Below, in pieces: positions 26,907 through 38,230 of a stretch of DNA of 64,000 nucleotides; the stretch's first letter is position 1; each line of letters starts with the position of its first letter. Source of the stretch: Acidimicrobiia bacterium. Lineage in GTDB: Bacteria; Actinomycetota; Acidimicrobiia; Acidimicrobiales; Aldehydirespiratoraceae. The DNA is taken from the NCBI GenBank assembly GCA_022820805.1, contig JAJEEV010000043.1, forward strand, positions 11,363 to 75,362, written 5' to 3'. The notes under the pieces are model-generated. The model made no database searches and was not told the origin of the DNA. It saw only the letters and a program-made list of their open reading frames with translations. The translations under genes and the position numbers were made by a program.

Positions 26907-27832
26907 GACGACACCGCGGCCACGGTGCGGCGGGCCAGCTCGGCCGCGGCCTGCGGCGAGGACATGATCGTGGGAGCCACCACGGGCCGCACCCCGGCGT
27001 CGGCCACCGCCGCGGCCAGGCCGGCGTCGGCCTCGTCGATCACCAGGGCGGCCACCAGGTCCCGGTAGCGGCGGGCCACCCCCACCACGCTGGCCTCCTC
27101 GCCCAGCTCGCGGAGCATCCGGTCGGCGGGACCCTTGAGGGCGGCGCCCGCCACGATGGGCGACACGGCCACGTTGCGCTCCCGCCGGGAGCCGAGGGCG
27201 TCGGCCACTCCGCCGACGGCCAGGATCGGGCCTATGGACACGACCGGGTTCGACGGAGCGATCACCAAGACGTCGGCGTCGGCGATGGCGTCCGTGACGC
27301 CCGGGGCGGGCACGGCGTCCTCGGCTCCGGCGAAACGCACCCCGGAGATGGCGACGTCGTGGCTGAGTCGCACGAAGTACTCCTGGAAGCCGATCTCGGT
27401 GCCCGAGGCCAGCGTGACCCGGGTCTCGATCGGCTGGTCGCTGGCGGGCAGGACCCGGCAGCGCAGGCCGCGGGCCGCCGCCAGCCGGGCGGTCACCTCG
27501 CTGAGAGGGTGCCCCTGGCGCAGCAGCGTGGTGCGGAACAGGTGGGTCCCGATGTCGCGGTCCCCGAGGTTGAACCAGGCGTCGATCCCCAGCGCCCTCA
27601 GCTCGTCGAGCGCATTCCAGGTCTCGTCGGCCAGGCCCCAGCCCCGCCCAGGGTCGATGGCGCCCGACAGCGTGTAGACGACGGTGTCGATGTCGGGGCT
27701 GACGTGCAGGCCGTGCAGCTCGATGTCGTCGGCCACGTTCACCACCGCGGCGACCTCACCGGGGGGCGTCACCTGGAGCTGCCCGGCCAGGTAGCGGGCC
27801 GCGCCCACACCCCCGGCCAGGACTGTTATCAC
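26903..27832 (-). CDS. cofD: 2-phospho-L-lactate (or EPPG) transferase, F420 biosynthesis
   Basis: ORF 26903..27832. Key residues: ITVLAGGVGAAR..., PSNPVVSIGPIL. Confidence 0.9.
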   Translation of the reverse strand: MITVLAGGVGAARYLAGQLQVTPPGEVAAVVNVADDIELHGLHVSPDIDTVVYTLSGAIDPGRGWGLADETWNALDELRALGIDAWFNLGDRDIGTHLFRTTLLRQGHPLSEVTARLAAARGLRCRVLPASDQPIETRVTLASGTEIGFQEYFVRLSHDVAISGVRFAGAEDAVPAPGVTDAIADADVLVIAPSNPVVSIGPILAVGGVADALGSRRERNVAVSPIVAGAALKGPADRMLRELGEEASVVGVARRYRDLVAALVIDEADAGLAAAVADAGVRPVVAPTIMSSPQAAAELARRTVAAVSS

Positions 27833-27851
27833 CGCCGCGTCCCGCCCCGGT

Positions 27852-29799
<1,948 letters not shown>

Positions 29800-29820
29800 A
29801 GCGCATGAACGCGCAGGCTA

Positions 29821-29920
29821 AGAGGCCGAGCGGGCCAGCCGCAATTCCCTAGTCATGGGGACACCGAGCGAGGCCGTGGCCCGAGCGGCCCGTGAGCGCA
29901 GCGAACAGGAGCGGGAGTGA
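29821..29920 (+). repeat. intergenic element, copy C
   Basis: AGAGGCCGAGCGG box, 34-nt spacer, then the core with three substitutions (c, g, g). It lies in the divergent region between rmd and the isochorismatase gene. Confidence 0.85.
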
Positions 29921-29990
29921 CACCGCTGCCACGCAACCGATTCTCACCCCATGCACGTCGCATCCGGGCGGCGCCTGCCACACTTGTCGC

Positions 29991-30656
29991 ATGGCGGGGG
30001 CGTCGGGTCGAGACGGGCGGCTGGCAGCTCTGGTGGATCCGGGCTCCACCGCCGTGCTCACTATGGAGTTGCAGCGGGGCGTGGTGGGGCCCGGTGCGAT
30101 GATGGCGGCCCTGGCCGAACAGGTCGCGGCCAGCGGCACGATCGCGGCTGCGGCCTCGGTGTGCGAGGCCGCTCGGGCGGTGGGCGCCCGGGTGGTCCAC
30201 TGCACGATGGAGACCCGGCCCGACGGGGCGGGCGGAGCGGTCAACTGCCGGATACTGGGCCTCGCCGACCGCATGCGCCGCGAGGGGGCCTCCCCCACCG
30301 AGTCCGGCACCGAGGGCGCCCGGCTCGTGCCCGAGCTCGGCGAGGATCCCCGCGACCTGGTCGTGTCGCGCTGGCACGGTCTCACGCCGTTCACGTCCAC
30401 CGCGCTCGACCAGACCCTGCGGAACCTCGGCGTCGCGACCGTCGTGGCCACCGGCGTGTCGGTGAACGTCGGCGTCGCGGGCCTGTGCCTCAGCGCCGTC
30501 GACCTCGGCTACCAGGTCGTGCTGGTTCGGGACGCGGTGGCCGGAGTGCCCGCCGCCTACGCGGAGTCGGTTATCGACAACACGCTGGCCATGGTCGCCA
30601 CCGTCGTCACCGCCTCGGAGCTGTTGGACGTGTGGAACTCACTCCCGGCGCGGTGA
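29991..30656 (+). CDS. isochorismatase-family cysteine hydrolase
   Basis: Within ORF 29892..30656 (ATG 29991). Key residues: TAVLTMELQ, VVATGVSVNVGVAGLCLSAVDLGYQVVLVRDA (catalytic Cys region). Confidence 0.75.
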   Translation: MAGASGRDGRLAALVDPGSTAVLTMELQRGVVGPGAMMAALAEQVAASGTIAAAASVCEAARAVGARVVHCTMETRPDGAGGAVNCRILGLADRMRREGASPTESGTEGARLVPELGEDPRDLVVSRWHGLTPFTSTALDQTLRNLGVATVVATGVSVNVGVAGLCLSAVDLGYQVVLVRDAVAGVPAAYAESVIDNTLAMVATVVTASELLDVWNSLPAR

Positions 30657-30695
30657 CGTGCCGGCGGCGCCACCAGCGCAGCGGGCACGCCCGCC

Positions 30696-30810
30696 AGAGG
30701 CCGAGCGGACAAGACCCGACCCGCTCGCCACCGTCGCGAGCCGGCCAGCGAGGCCGTGGCCCGAGCGGCCCGTGAGCGAAGCGAACAAGAGCGGGAATGA
30801 CACCGCCGCA
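30696..30810 (+). repeat. intergenic element, copy D
   Basis: AGAGGCCGAGCGG box, 39-nt spacer, then a core identical to copy B. Confidence 0.85.
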
Positions 30811-30927
30811 CAGCGAGATGCTCGCGAGCAATCACCGCTCCGCCATTAGCCTCGGCTGATCGCATCCTCCGTCGACAGCACCACGCCCGCACCGGGCGCA
30901 TCCGGCACCGCCCAGCAGCAGCCCACA

Positions 30928-33900
30928 GTGCTGGCTGTGGTGGTCGCCCACCGGCCGGGCGACTGGTTCGAGGAGACCCTCGAGTCGCTCTCGCTCCAGG
31001 ACTACGAGTTCCTGAGCGTCGCCGTCGTGGACGCGGCCGGATCAGGGATCGGTCCTCGTGTCGCGGCGATCCTGGACGGCGCGGAGGTCATCGACGCGAC
31101 CGGCGCCCTCGGCTTCTCGGAAGCGGCCAACGCCGTGCTCTCGGCGGAGCTGTCGGCCGACTACCTGCTGGTGTGCCACGACGACGTGGCACTGGCCTCC
31201 GACACGGTCAGCACCCTCGTGGCGGAGGCGCTGCGGAGCAGCGCCGGCGTTGTCGGACCCAAGATCGTGGAATGGGACCGCCCTGAGATCATCCGCCACG
31301 CGGGCTACGACGTCGACCGATTCGGCGTTCCCGCCGACAGGGCCGGCGCCGATGAGCTCGACCAGGAGCAGCACGACGGCGTGAGCGACTCCTTCGCCCT
31401 GCCGTCGGCGGTGATGCTGATCCGCCGGGAGCTGTTCGTCCGGCTCGGCGGCTTCGACGCGGGCATGACCTTCCGGGGCGAGGACGTCGACTTCTGCTGG
31501 CGGGCCCAGATGGCCGGCGCCCGGGTGATGTTCGTCGGCGGCGCGGTGGCCCGCCACCGGGGCGGGCTCGCCTCGCGCACCGGCGTCGACGACGTCAGGC
31601 TCACCCAGACCCGGCACGCGCTGCGGGCCATGCTCGTCAACCACGGCCGGATCTCGCTCACCCTGTTCGTGCCGCTGGCCGTCCTGATGGCGATCGCCGA
31701 GATTGCGCTGGGGATCTTCACCGCCCACTTCGGACGGGCCCGCGACCTGGTGTCGGCCTGGGTGTGGAACATCTCCAACCTCGATGTGGTGCTCGAGCGC
31801 CGCCGGGCCAACGCCCAGGTCCGCAGGGTGCGCCAGGCCGACGTCACCGCCCTGCAGTACCTCGGCAGCGTGCGCCTGGTCTCGTTCCTGAGACGGCAGT
31901 TCGGTGGCGAGTCGAAGGGCCTGTTGAGCGCCGCGGGCCGCGGCGTGCTCGGGGGCCTGCGAACCGGTACGACCCGCCTCACCTTCGTCACCTGGGCGGT
32001 CGTGTTCGTGGTGGTGGTGTTCGGGTCGCGCCGCCTGCTGACCGACGGGGTCCCCGCGGTCGGCGACTTCGCATCGCTTCCGGAGACGGCCTCCGACCTG
32101 GTCAGGACGTGGTGGGGCGGATGGAGCGACCGGAACGCGGGAGCGCCCTCCTCCAACCTGGGCATCCTCTTCTACCTCGGCGTGGGCGGCTGGGTGCTGG
32201 CCGGGAGCCTGGGACTGCTTCGCACCCTGTCGGTGGTTCTGCCGATCCTGGTGGGCCTGCTGGGGGCCTACCGGCTGCTGGCCGCCACAGGCTCGCGGCG
32301 TGCCCAGGCCGGCACATTCATCGCCTACCTGCTCGTGCCCCTGGCGTCGTCGTCGCTGGCCGGAGGCTCCATGCCCGGCCTGGTCGGCTACGCGGTGGCG
32401 CCGTGGATGCTCCGGGAGCTGCTGCGGGCCTCGGGGACCGCCCCGTTCCGGTCAAGCCCCAAGCGGCTCGGCGGGCTGGCCCCGGCTGCGATGTCTTTGG
32501 GAGCCGCGGCAGGTCTCGCCGCCCTGGTCGTGCCCGCCTCGGTAGGGCTGGTCGCGCTGCTCACCGCGGGGCTGGTGCTGGGGAGCCTGCTCGCGGCCCG
32601 GCCCGGCTCCGTTCCCCGGCTGCTGGTCGCGGCCGTGCTGGCGGTGCCGGTGGTCGCCTTCGTGACGCTGCCGAACCTGGTGGACATGCTGGCCGCCGGC
32701 CCCTCGTGGGACATCGTCGCCGACGGGCGCGACGGCTCAGCGGGAACGGTCACGTTCGCCGAGATGCTGCGCTTCGCGGTCGGGCCCGACGACCCCGGCT
32801 CGTTGACATGGCTGTTCGCGGTGCCGATGGCGGTGCCGCTGCTGCTGGGACGGGGATGGCGCCTCGAGCAGGCCGTCCGCCTGTGGATCGTGGCCCTGGC
32901 CGCCTGGGGGCTGGCCCTCGCCGCGCAGCGGGGGATGCTGCCCTTCGGCCTTCCCGACCTGCAGCTGCTGCTGGCCCCGGCCGCGATCGCGGTGGCCGGC
33001 CTGTGCGGCTTGGCCGTGCTGTCCATCGAGCACGACCTTCGGTTCAGCCACTTCGGCTGGCGCCAGGCCCTGGTGCCGGTCATGGTGGCCGCGTCGCTGC
33101 TGCTGGCCTTCGGCAGGATCGGCGTGCTCGAGACCGGCGGGTGGGGCCTGGTCGAGCGCGACCACCACACAGCCCTTCGCTTCGAGCCGCCCACCGTCGT
33201 CGGGGCCTACCGGGTGCTGTGGATCGGTGCGCCCGAGTTCCTGTCGGTCGAGGGCCACAGCCTGAGCCCCGGCGTTGCCTGGGCGGCCACCTCCGGCGAC
33301 TCGGTGACGATCTCCGACCGTGCCCTGCCCATCGACTCGGGCCGCGCCGACCTCTTCGAGCAGGCGATCGAGGACATAGACGCAGGCCGTACCACCCGCG
33401 CCGGCCGGGTGCTGGCCGGCCTGGGCGTGCGGTACGTGGTTCTGCTGCACCGGCTCGCACCGGCTCCGTTCGTTGGCGAGGACCAGGCCCAGCCGGTTCC
33501 GGCCGGGCTGGCGGCCGCGATCCGCAACCAGCTCGACCTGGAGCTGGTCGAGGGAACCAACAGCGCGGTGGACATGTTCGTCAACACGTCCTGGACGCCC
33601 ATGCGGGCGGTGCATGCGCCCGGCTTCGACGAGGGCGTCGCCACGATCGCCGACCTCGAAGCCCATCCGATCACCCCCGGGGTGCCGGTCTTCTCCGGCG
33701 AGGGCCCGCCGTGGTCGGCCGAGATACCCGACGGCGCCGAAGTCCTGGTGGGGCACACGCCCCGTCCCGGCTGGGAGTTGACCCTCGACGGCGAGGCGAC
33801 TCCCAGGCGCGAGGCCCTGGCTTGGGCGAGGGCCTACCTGCCGGTCGACTCCGGTGAGGCCGAGCTGTCCTACTCGTCGCCCTGGTGGCGCCGAACCGGG

Positions 33901-33972
33901 CAGTTGCTGGGCGCGGCCGCGCCGGTGGTGCTGCTGCTGGCCTGGATACGACGCCGGATGGACCAGCACTGA
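30928..33972 (+). CDS. large membrane glycosyltransferase: N-terminal GT2 domain fused to a polytopic membrane region and a C-terminal extracytoplasmic domain
   Basis: ORF 30928..33972. GT2 residues are VVVAHRPGDW..., CHDD, GEDVDFCWR. At least 12 hydrophobic segments follow, then a soluble tail and a final TM segment. Confidence 0.8.
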   Translation: MLAVVVAHRPGDWFEETLESLSLQDYEFLSVAVVDAAGSGIGPRVAAILDGAEVIDATGALGFSEAANAVLSAELSADYLLVCHDDVALASDTVSTLVAEALRSSAGVVGPKIVEWDRPEIIRHAGYDVDRFGVPADRAGADELDQEQHDGVSDSFALPSAVMLIRRELFVRLGGFDAGMTFRGEDVDFCWRAQMAGARVMFVGGAVARHRGGLASRTGVDDVRLTQTRHALRAMLVNHGRISLTLFVPLAVLMAIAEIALGIFTAHFGRARDLVSAWVWNISNLDVVLERRRANAQVRRVRQADVTALQYLGSVRLVSFLRRQFGGESKGLLSAAGRGVLGGLRTGTTRLTFVTWAVVFVVVVFGSRRLLTDGVPAVGDFASLPETASDLVRTWWGGWSDRNAGAPSSNLGILFYLGVGGWVLAGSLGLLRTLSVVLPILVGLLGAYRLLAATGSRRAQAGTFIAYLLVPLASSSLAGGSMPGLVGYAVAPWMLRELLRASGTAPFRSSPKRLGGLAPAAMSLGAAAGLAALVVPASVGLVALLTAGLVLGSLLAARPGSVPRLLVAAVLAVPVVAFVTLPNLVDMLAAGPSWDIVADGRDGSAGTVTFAEMLRFAVGPDDPGSLTWLFAVPMAVPLLLGRGWRLEQAVRLWIVALAAWGLALAAQRGMLPFGLPDLQLLLAPAAIAVAGLCGLAVLSIEHDLRFSHFGWRQALVPVMVAASLLLAFGRIGVLETGGWGLVERDHHTALRFEPPTVVGAYRVLWIGAPEFLSVEGHSLSPGVAWAATSGDSVTISDRALPIDSGRADLFEQAIEDIDAGRTTRAGRVLAGLGVRYVVLLHRLAPAPFVGEDQAQPVPAGLAAAIRNQLDLELVEGTNSAVDMFVNTSWTPMRAVHAPGFDEGVATIADLEAHPITPGVPVFSGEGPPWSAEIPDGAEVLVGHTPRPGWELTLDGEATPRREALAWARAYLPVDSGEAELSYSSPWWRRTGQLLGAAAPVVLLLAWIRRRMDQH

Positions 33973-35480
33973 TGCGCTCGGTGAGAGTGCTCTCTGTGGC
34001 CGCCATAGCCGGCCTGCTGGCCGCAGGCGTCGTCGTCGACCTGCCCGACCGCCCGACGCCCGACCGCCCGGTCCGGTACCTGTCGTCGGTGCCCGCGCCG
34101 GCGGGCGTCGTGAGCACCTGGTTCTGTCCCGGCGGCAGCGGCCCCGACGGCGAGGCGGAGTTGACGATCCAGCTGGCGAGCGCGTCGGACCAGAGGCGAA
34201 CCGCCGCAGTGTCGGTCCTTCCCGGCGGGTCGGACGCCGCCGAGGCCAGGACCGTCGATGTCGAGATCGAGCCCGGGGACCAGATGCTGCTGAAGCCGTC
34301 GGAGGAGGTCCCCGGCGCCCGGTGGGTCGGCGCGGTGGTCGAGGTCGACGGCACCGAGGTGGTGGTCGAGCAGATTCTCGCGGCCAGTCAGGGGGACGTG
34401 GGACGCTCGGTCTGCCTCACCCGCACAGCCACCCGGTGGTTGGTGCCCCAGGGCGCGACCCGCCTGGCGGTGGAGGGCGAGCGGTTCATCGTCATGCTCC
34501 TCAACCCGTTCCCCGACATAGCGGTGGTCGACATCGAGCTGGTGGCCGACGTGGGCCGGGACACCATCGATGGTCTGGTGGTCCCGGCGCAGCGGGTGGT
34601 GGCGGTCGACGTGACCGAGGAGATCACCGTCGCGACCTCGGTGGCGGCCTTCGTCGAGGTCGTGTCGGGCCGGGTGGCCGCATCCTGGATCCAGGTTGTC
34701 GACGGGCTGATCGCCGGGCGCGGTGCCCGGGCCTCGGGAGCGGTGCCCGACGCGGCCCCGCTGTGGCACCTGCCGGTGGCCGGGGCGGGTCCGGCTCGCC
34801 GGGACGTGGTCGCGGTTGCCAACCCGTCGGCTGACGAGGTCGCCGAGGTGGACCTGGAGATCATCGCCGAGGTGCCGGGCACCGAGGTCAGCCCCATCGA
34901 GATCACCGTGAGGCCGGGGCGGTCGGCCCTGGTCGACCTGTCGGAGCAGGGCCGCCTCGAGGGCATCGGACCGTTCAGCGTGCTGGTGCGCTCGCTGGAC
35001 GACGTTCCGGTGGCCGCGTCGATCTCCAGCGTCACGCTTGTGGACGTTGCGGAGGGCGACGACGGTGCCGACGGCGCCGACGGTGACGGCGGTGAGGCAG
35101 CCCCGACGGTGGCGGGGTCCACCGCGACGACGGGATCGGACGCAGCCGCCCGCCGCTGGCTGGTGGCCGCTGAGGCGTCCGAGACCGAGACCGGAACCGA
35201 AGGCGGCGAGTCATCGGTCCTGGTGGTCGTGAACCCGTCGTCGGTCGGGATCGCCAGGGTGGTCCTCAGCGTGGACGGGTCAGAGGTCCGTCACCTCGAG
35301 GTCGCGCCACGCCGCCGTGCCAGCGTCCCGCTGGACAGGTTGGGCTCCGGTCGCTTCGCGGTGGAGGTGGAGTCGTCCGCGCCGGTCGTCGTCGGCCTGG
35401 AGCTCATCGGGCTCACGTCCCGCACGGCCTCGCTCGGCGCGGCCCTGTCCGAGCCGGTGCCCGCGGCCGAGATCCGCTGA
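33972..35480 (+). CDS. secreted/anchored hypothetical protein, probably the DUF5719 family that accompanies large actinobacterial GT2 proteins
   Basis: Within ORF 33885..35480. ATG 33972 overlaps the upstream TGA (TGATG). It has an N-terminal TM segment and a beta-rich repetitive body. The family assignment is from memory only. Confidence 0.55.
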   Translation: MRSVRVLSVAAIAGLLAAGVVVDLPDRPTPDRPVRYLSSVPAPAGVVSTWFCPGGSGPDGEAELTIQLASASDQRRTAAVSVLPGGSDAAEARTVDVEIEPGDQMLLKPSEEVPGARWVGAVVEVDGTEVVVEQILAASQGDVGRSVCLTRTATRWLVPQGATRLAVEGERFIVMLLNPFPDIAVVDIELVADVGRDTIDGLVVPAQRVVAVDVTEEITVATSVAAFVEVVSGRVAASWIQVVDGLIAGRGARASGAVPDAAPLWHLPVAGAGPARRDVVAVANPSADEVAEVDLEIIAEVPGTEVSPIEITVRPGRSALVDLSEQGRLEGIGPFSVLVRSLDDVPVAASISSVTLVDVAEGDDGADGADGDGGEAAPTVAGSTATTGSDAAARRWLVAAEASETETGTEGGESSVLVVVNPSSVGIARVVLSVDGSEVRHLEVAPRRRASVPLDRLGSGRFAVEVESSAPVVVGLELIGLTSRTASLGAALSEPVPAAEIR

Positions 35481-35495
35481 GATTTCCGTTGAGAC

Positions 35496-37481
35496 TCAGG
35501 CCGTAGGCGTGGGGACGCCGGCGGGCGAGCCGGTGGTGCCCTCGCTGGAGCCCTGGCCGTTGTCCGCCTTGAGGGCGGCGGCCTCGCCCAGGGCCGAGCC
35601 CTGGCGTGAGACCGCGATGAGCCTCTCCACCTCTTCGCCGCTGATGGTCTCGTGCTCGAGCAGGGCCCGGGCCACAAGGTCGAGGCCGTGGCGGTACTCG
35701 GTGAGGGTCGACCGGCACCGGTCCTGCTGCTCGCGCAGGATGCGCTCGATCTCCTCGTCGATCACCCGGGCGGTGTCGTCGCTGTAGTCGCGGGTCTGCA
35801 TCAGGTCCTCGCCCAGGAACACCTGGTTCTGGGAGCCCCACGCCATCGGGCCGAGCTTGTCGGACATTCCCCACTCCCGCACCATCGACTTGGCCAGCGC
35901 GGTGGCCCGCATCAGGTCGTCGGCGGCGCCGGTGCTGACGATGCCGAACACCAGATCCTCGGCTATGCGGCCGCCGAACATGACCACCAGCCGGTCGAGG
36001 ATGTAGTCGCTGCGGTAGATGTGGCGGTCCTCCTCGGGCAGCTGCATGGTCACGCCGAGCGCCATCCCGCTGGGGATGATGGTGACCTTGTGGAGCGGGT
36101 CGGCGGTGGGCAGCACCGCGGCGCACACCGCGTGTCCGGCCTCGTGATAGGCGATGGCTTCCTTCTCGTCGTCGGAGAGGGCCAGCGACTCCCGCTTCTG
36201 GCCCATGAGGACGCGGTCCCGGGCCTGCTCCACATGCCGGGCCGCGATCTCCTCCTCGCCGTCGCGCACGGCGTACAGGGCGGCCTCGTTGATGAGGTTG
36301 GCCAGGTCGGCGCCGCTCATTCCCGGTGTGCCCCGGGCCACCACGTTGAGGTCGAGGTCCTCGGCGGTGCGCTTGCCCTTGACGTGCACCTCCAGGATCG
36401 CGTGCCGGTCCGAGAGCTCGGGCAGCGGCACGACCACCTGGCGGTCGAAGCGTCCCGGGCGCAGCAGGGCCGGGTCGAGGATGTCGGGCCGGTTGGTGGC
36501 CGCCATCATCACGATGCCTTCGGAGCCCTCGAACCCGTCCATCTCCGAGAGCATCTGGTTGAGGGTCTGCTCCCGCTCGTCGTGGCCGCCCCCGAGGCCC
36601 GCGCCCCGCTTGCGTCCGATGGAGTCGACCTCGTCGATGAAGATGATGGCCTTGCCCATCTTGCGGGCCGACTCGAAGAGGTCCCTCACCCGGCTGGCGC
36701 CGACGCCCACGAACATCTCCATGAAGTCCGAACCCGTCACCGACAGGAACGGCACCCCGGCCTCGCCCGCCACCGCCTTGGCGATGAGCGTCTTGCCCGT
36801 GCCGGGCGGGCCCACCAGCAGCACGCCCTTGGGGACCCTCGCTCCGATCTCGGCGAAGCGCTCGGGCATCTTGAGGAAGTCGACGATCTCGGTGATCTCC
36901 TGTTTGACTCCCTCGTAGCCGGCCACATCGTCGAAGGTGGTGCCGGGACGCTCGGTCGTGTAGGTCTTCGCCCGGCTCCTCCCTATCGACATGATGCTGC
37001 CCATCTGCCCCTGGGCCCGGCGCTGCATCCACCAGAAGAACAGGATGAGCAGGCCGATCGGCAGCAACAGCGGCACGATCGACAGGAAGAAGTTGGTCTG
37101 GGGGGTGTCGTAGCGGAACTCCGGCACGTGCTGGTTGATCAGGGCCGTGTCCGCGTCCGGGAGCGGCAGGGGCCCGTTGGAGACGTACTCGGTGCCGTCG
37201 AGGGCGGTCGCCTTGATGCTGCCGCTGTTGTTGTTGTAGGTGCCCTGCGCGATCCGCCCCTCGGTGACCCGCTCGAGGAAGTCCGGGTAGGAGATCTCGT
37301 TGCCGGACTCGTCGGGGAGCATGGTGGTGGCCATGAAGACCGCGATGACCGCGCCGATCATCAGCCAGATGACCAGGCGCGAACGCCGCTGGACCTCCGG
37401 CCTGGGCCGGGGCGGAGGCGGCTGGCTCCGCTTGCGGTCCGGATGCTTGGGCGGCGGCGGGGGCGGCGGGCTGTCAGCCAC
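35496..37481 (-). CDS. ftsH: ATP-dependent zinc metalloprotease FtsH
   Basis: ORF 35496..37481. It has Walker A GPPGTGKT, Walker B IIFIDEVD, the SRH region and the zinc site HEAGHA. It also has a proline-rich N-terminal extension. Confidence 0.95.
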   Translation of the reverse strand: MADSPPPPPPPKHPDRKRSQPPPPRPRPEVQRRSRLVIWLMIGAVIAVFMATTMLPDESGNEISYPDFLERVTEGRIAQGTYNNNSGSIKATALDGTEYVSNGPLPLPDADTALINQHVPEFRYDTPQTNFFLSIVPLLLPIGLLILFFWWMQRRAQGQMGSIMSIGRSRAKTYTTERPGTTFDDVAGYEGVKQEITEIVDFLKMPERFAEIGARVPKGVLLVGPPGTGKTLIAKAVAGEAGVPFLSVTGSDFMEMFVGVGASRVRDLFESARKMGKAIIFIDEVDSIGRKRGAGLGGGHDEREQTLNQMLSEMDGFEGSEGIVMMAATNRPDILDPALLRPGRFDRQVVVPLPELSDRHAILEVHVKGKRTAEDLDLNVVARGTPGMSGADLANLINEAALYAVRDGEEEIAARHVEQARDRVLMGQKRESLALSDDEKEAIAYHEAGHAVCAAVLPTADPLHKVTIIPSGMALGVTMQLPEEDRHIYRSDYILDRLVVMFGGRIAEDLVFGIVSTGAADDLMRATALAKSMVREWGMSDKLGPMAWGSQNQVFLGEDLMQTRDYSDDTARVIDEEIERILREQQDRCRSTLTEYRHGLDLVARALLEHETISGEEVERLIAVSRQGSALGEAAALKADNGQGSSEGTTGSPAGVPTPTA

Positions 37482-37513
37482 GATTCCAGACTAGTCCGGT
37501 ACCGTAGCAATCC

Positions 37514-38230
37514 ATGCGGCCCACGATGCCGGCCACGACACGGCTTGTATGGGCGGCAGCCGGGTGGGCCGCAGGGTTCGTAGCCAGTGTTGCGGCCACC
37601 ATCGTGGCCGTGTCGATCGTGTCGGCATCCGGCGATGGGGGAGCCACCGGCGAGGAGCTCCTCGAGGACCTGTCGATGGTGGGACTCGTGGCCCTCCAGG
37701 TGCCGCTGTGGCTGGGGCTCTTGGGGACGCCGGTGCTCGCCCGCCGCTACGGCCTCCGCTGGCGCGAGCAGCTCGGGTGGCGGATGCGGGTCATCGACGT
37801 CCCGGTCGGGATCGGGATCGGGCTGGCGCTTCAGATCGTGGTCGTGCCTCTGCTGTACTGGCCGATACTGCGGATCTTCGGGGACTTGGACGTCGAGGGG
37901 CCCGCCCGCGACCTGACCGAGCTGGCGGACAGCCCGGTCGAAGTCGCGCTGCTCGTCGTGATGACCGTGCTGCTGGCGCCCCTCACCGAGGAGGTGTTCT
38001 TCAGGGGCCTGCTGCAGGGCGCGCTGCGGGACCGGATCGGTGCGTTCTGGGCGGTGGCGATCGCGTCGGTGGTGTTCGGGATCACCCACTTCCAGCTGGT
38101 GCAGTTCCCGGCCCTGGTCCTGGTGGGAGTGGTCAACGGTCTGCTGGTGCTGCGCACCGGCCGCCTCGGTGCGGCCCTGTGGTCCCATGCCGGCTTCAAC
38201 GCGGTGACGGTGGCGGTGCTGCTGTCGTGA
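37514..38230 (+). CDS. CPBP-family intramembrane glutamic endopeptidase (CAAX protease-like)
   Basis: ORF 37514..38230. Motifs are EEVFFRG, FGITH and HAGFN. Confidence 0.85.
   Translation: MRPTMPATTRLVWAAAGWAAGFVASVAATIVAVSIVSASGDGGATGEELLEDLSMVGLVALQVPLWLGLLGTPVLARRYGLRWREQLGWRMRVIDVPVGIGIGLALQIVVVPLLYWPILRIFGDLDVEGPARDLTELADSPVEVALLVVMTVLLAPLTEEVFFRGLLQGALRDRIGAFWAVAIASVVFGITHFQLVQFPALVLVGVVNGLLVLRTGRLGAALWSHAGFNAVTVAVLLS

Noticed and set aside
37549-38226. N-terminal extension of ORF 37549..40962, and similar extensions of ORFs 788.., 2023..3621, 6405..8039, 10911..12716, 16222.., 39579.., 57960..
   Set aside because: The extensions overlap better-supported genes in another frame and are compositionally aberrant. 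Internal starts with 4-nt overlaps or SD-like sequences give proteins of canonical length.
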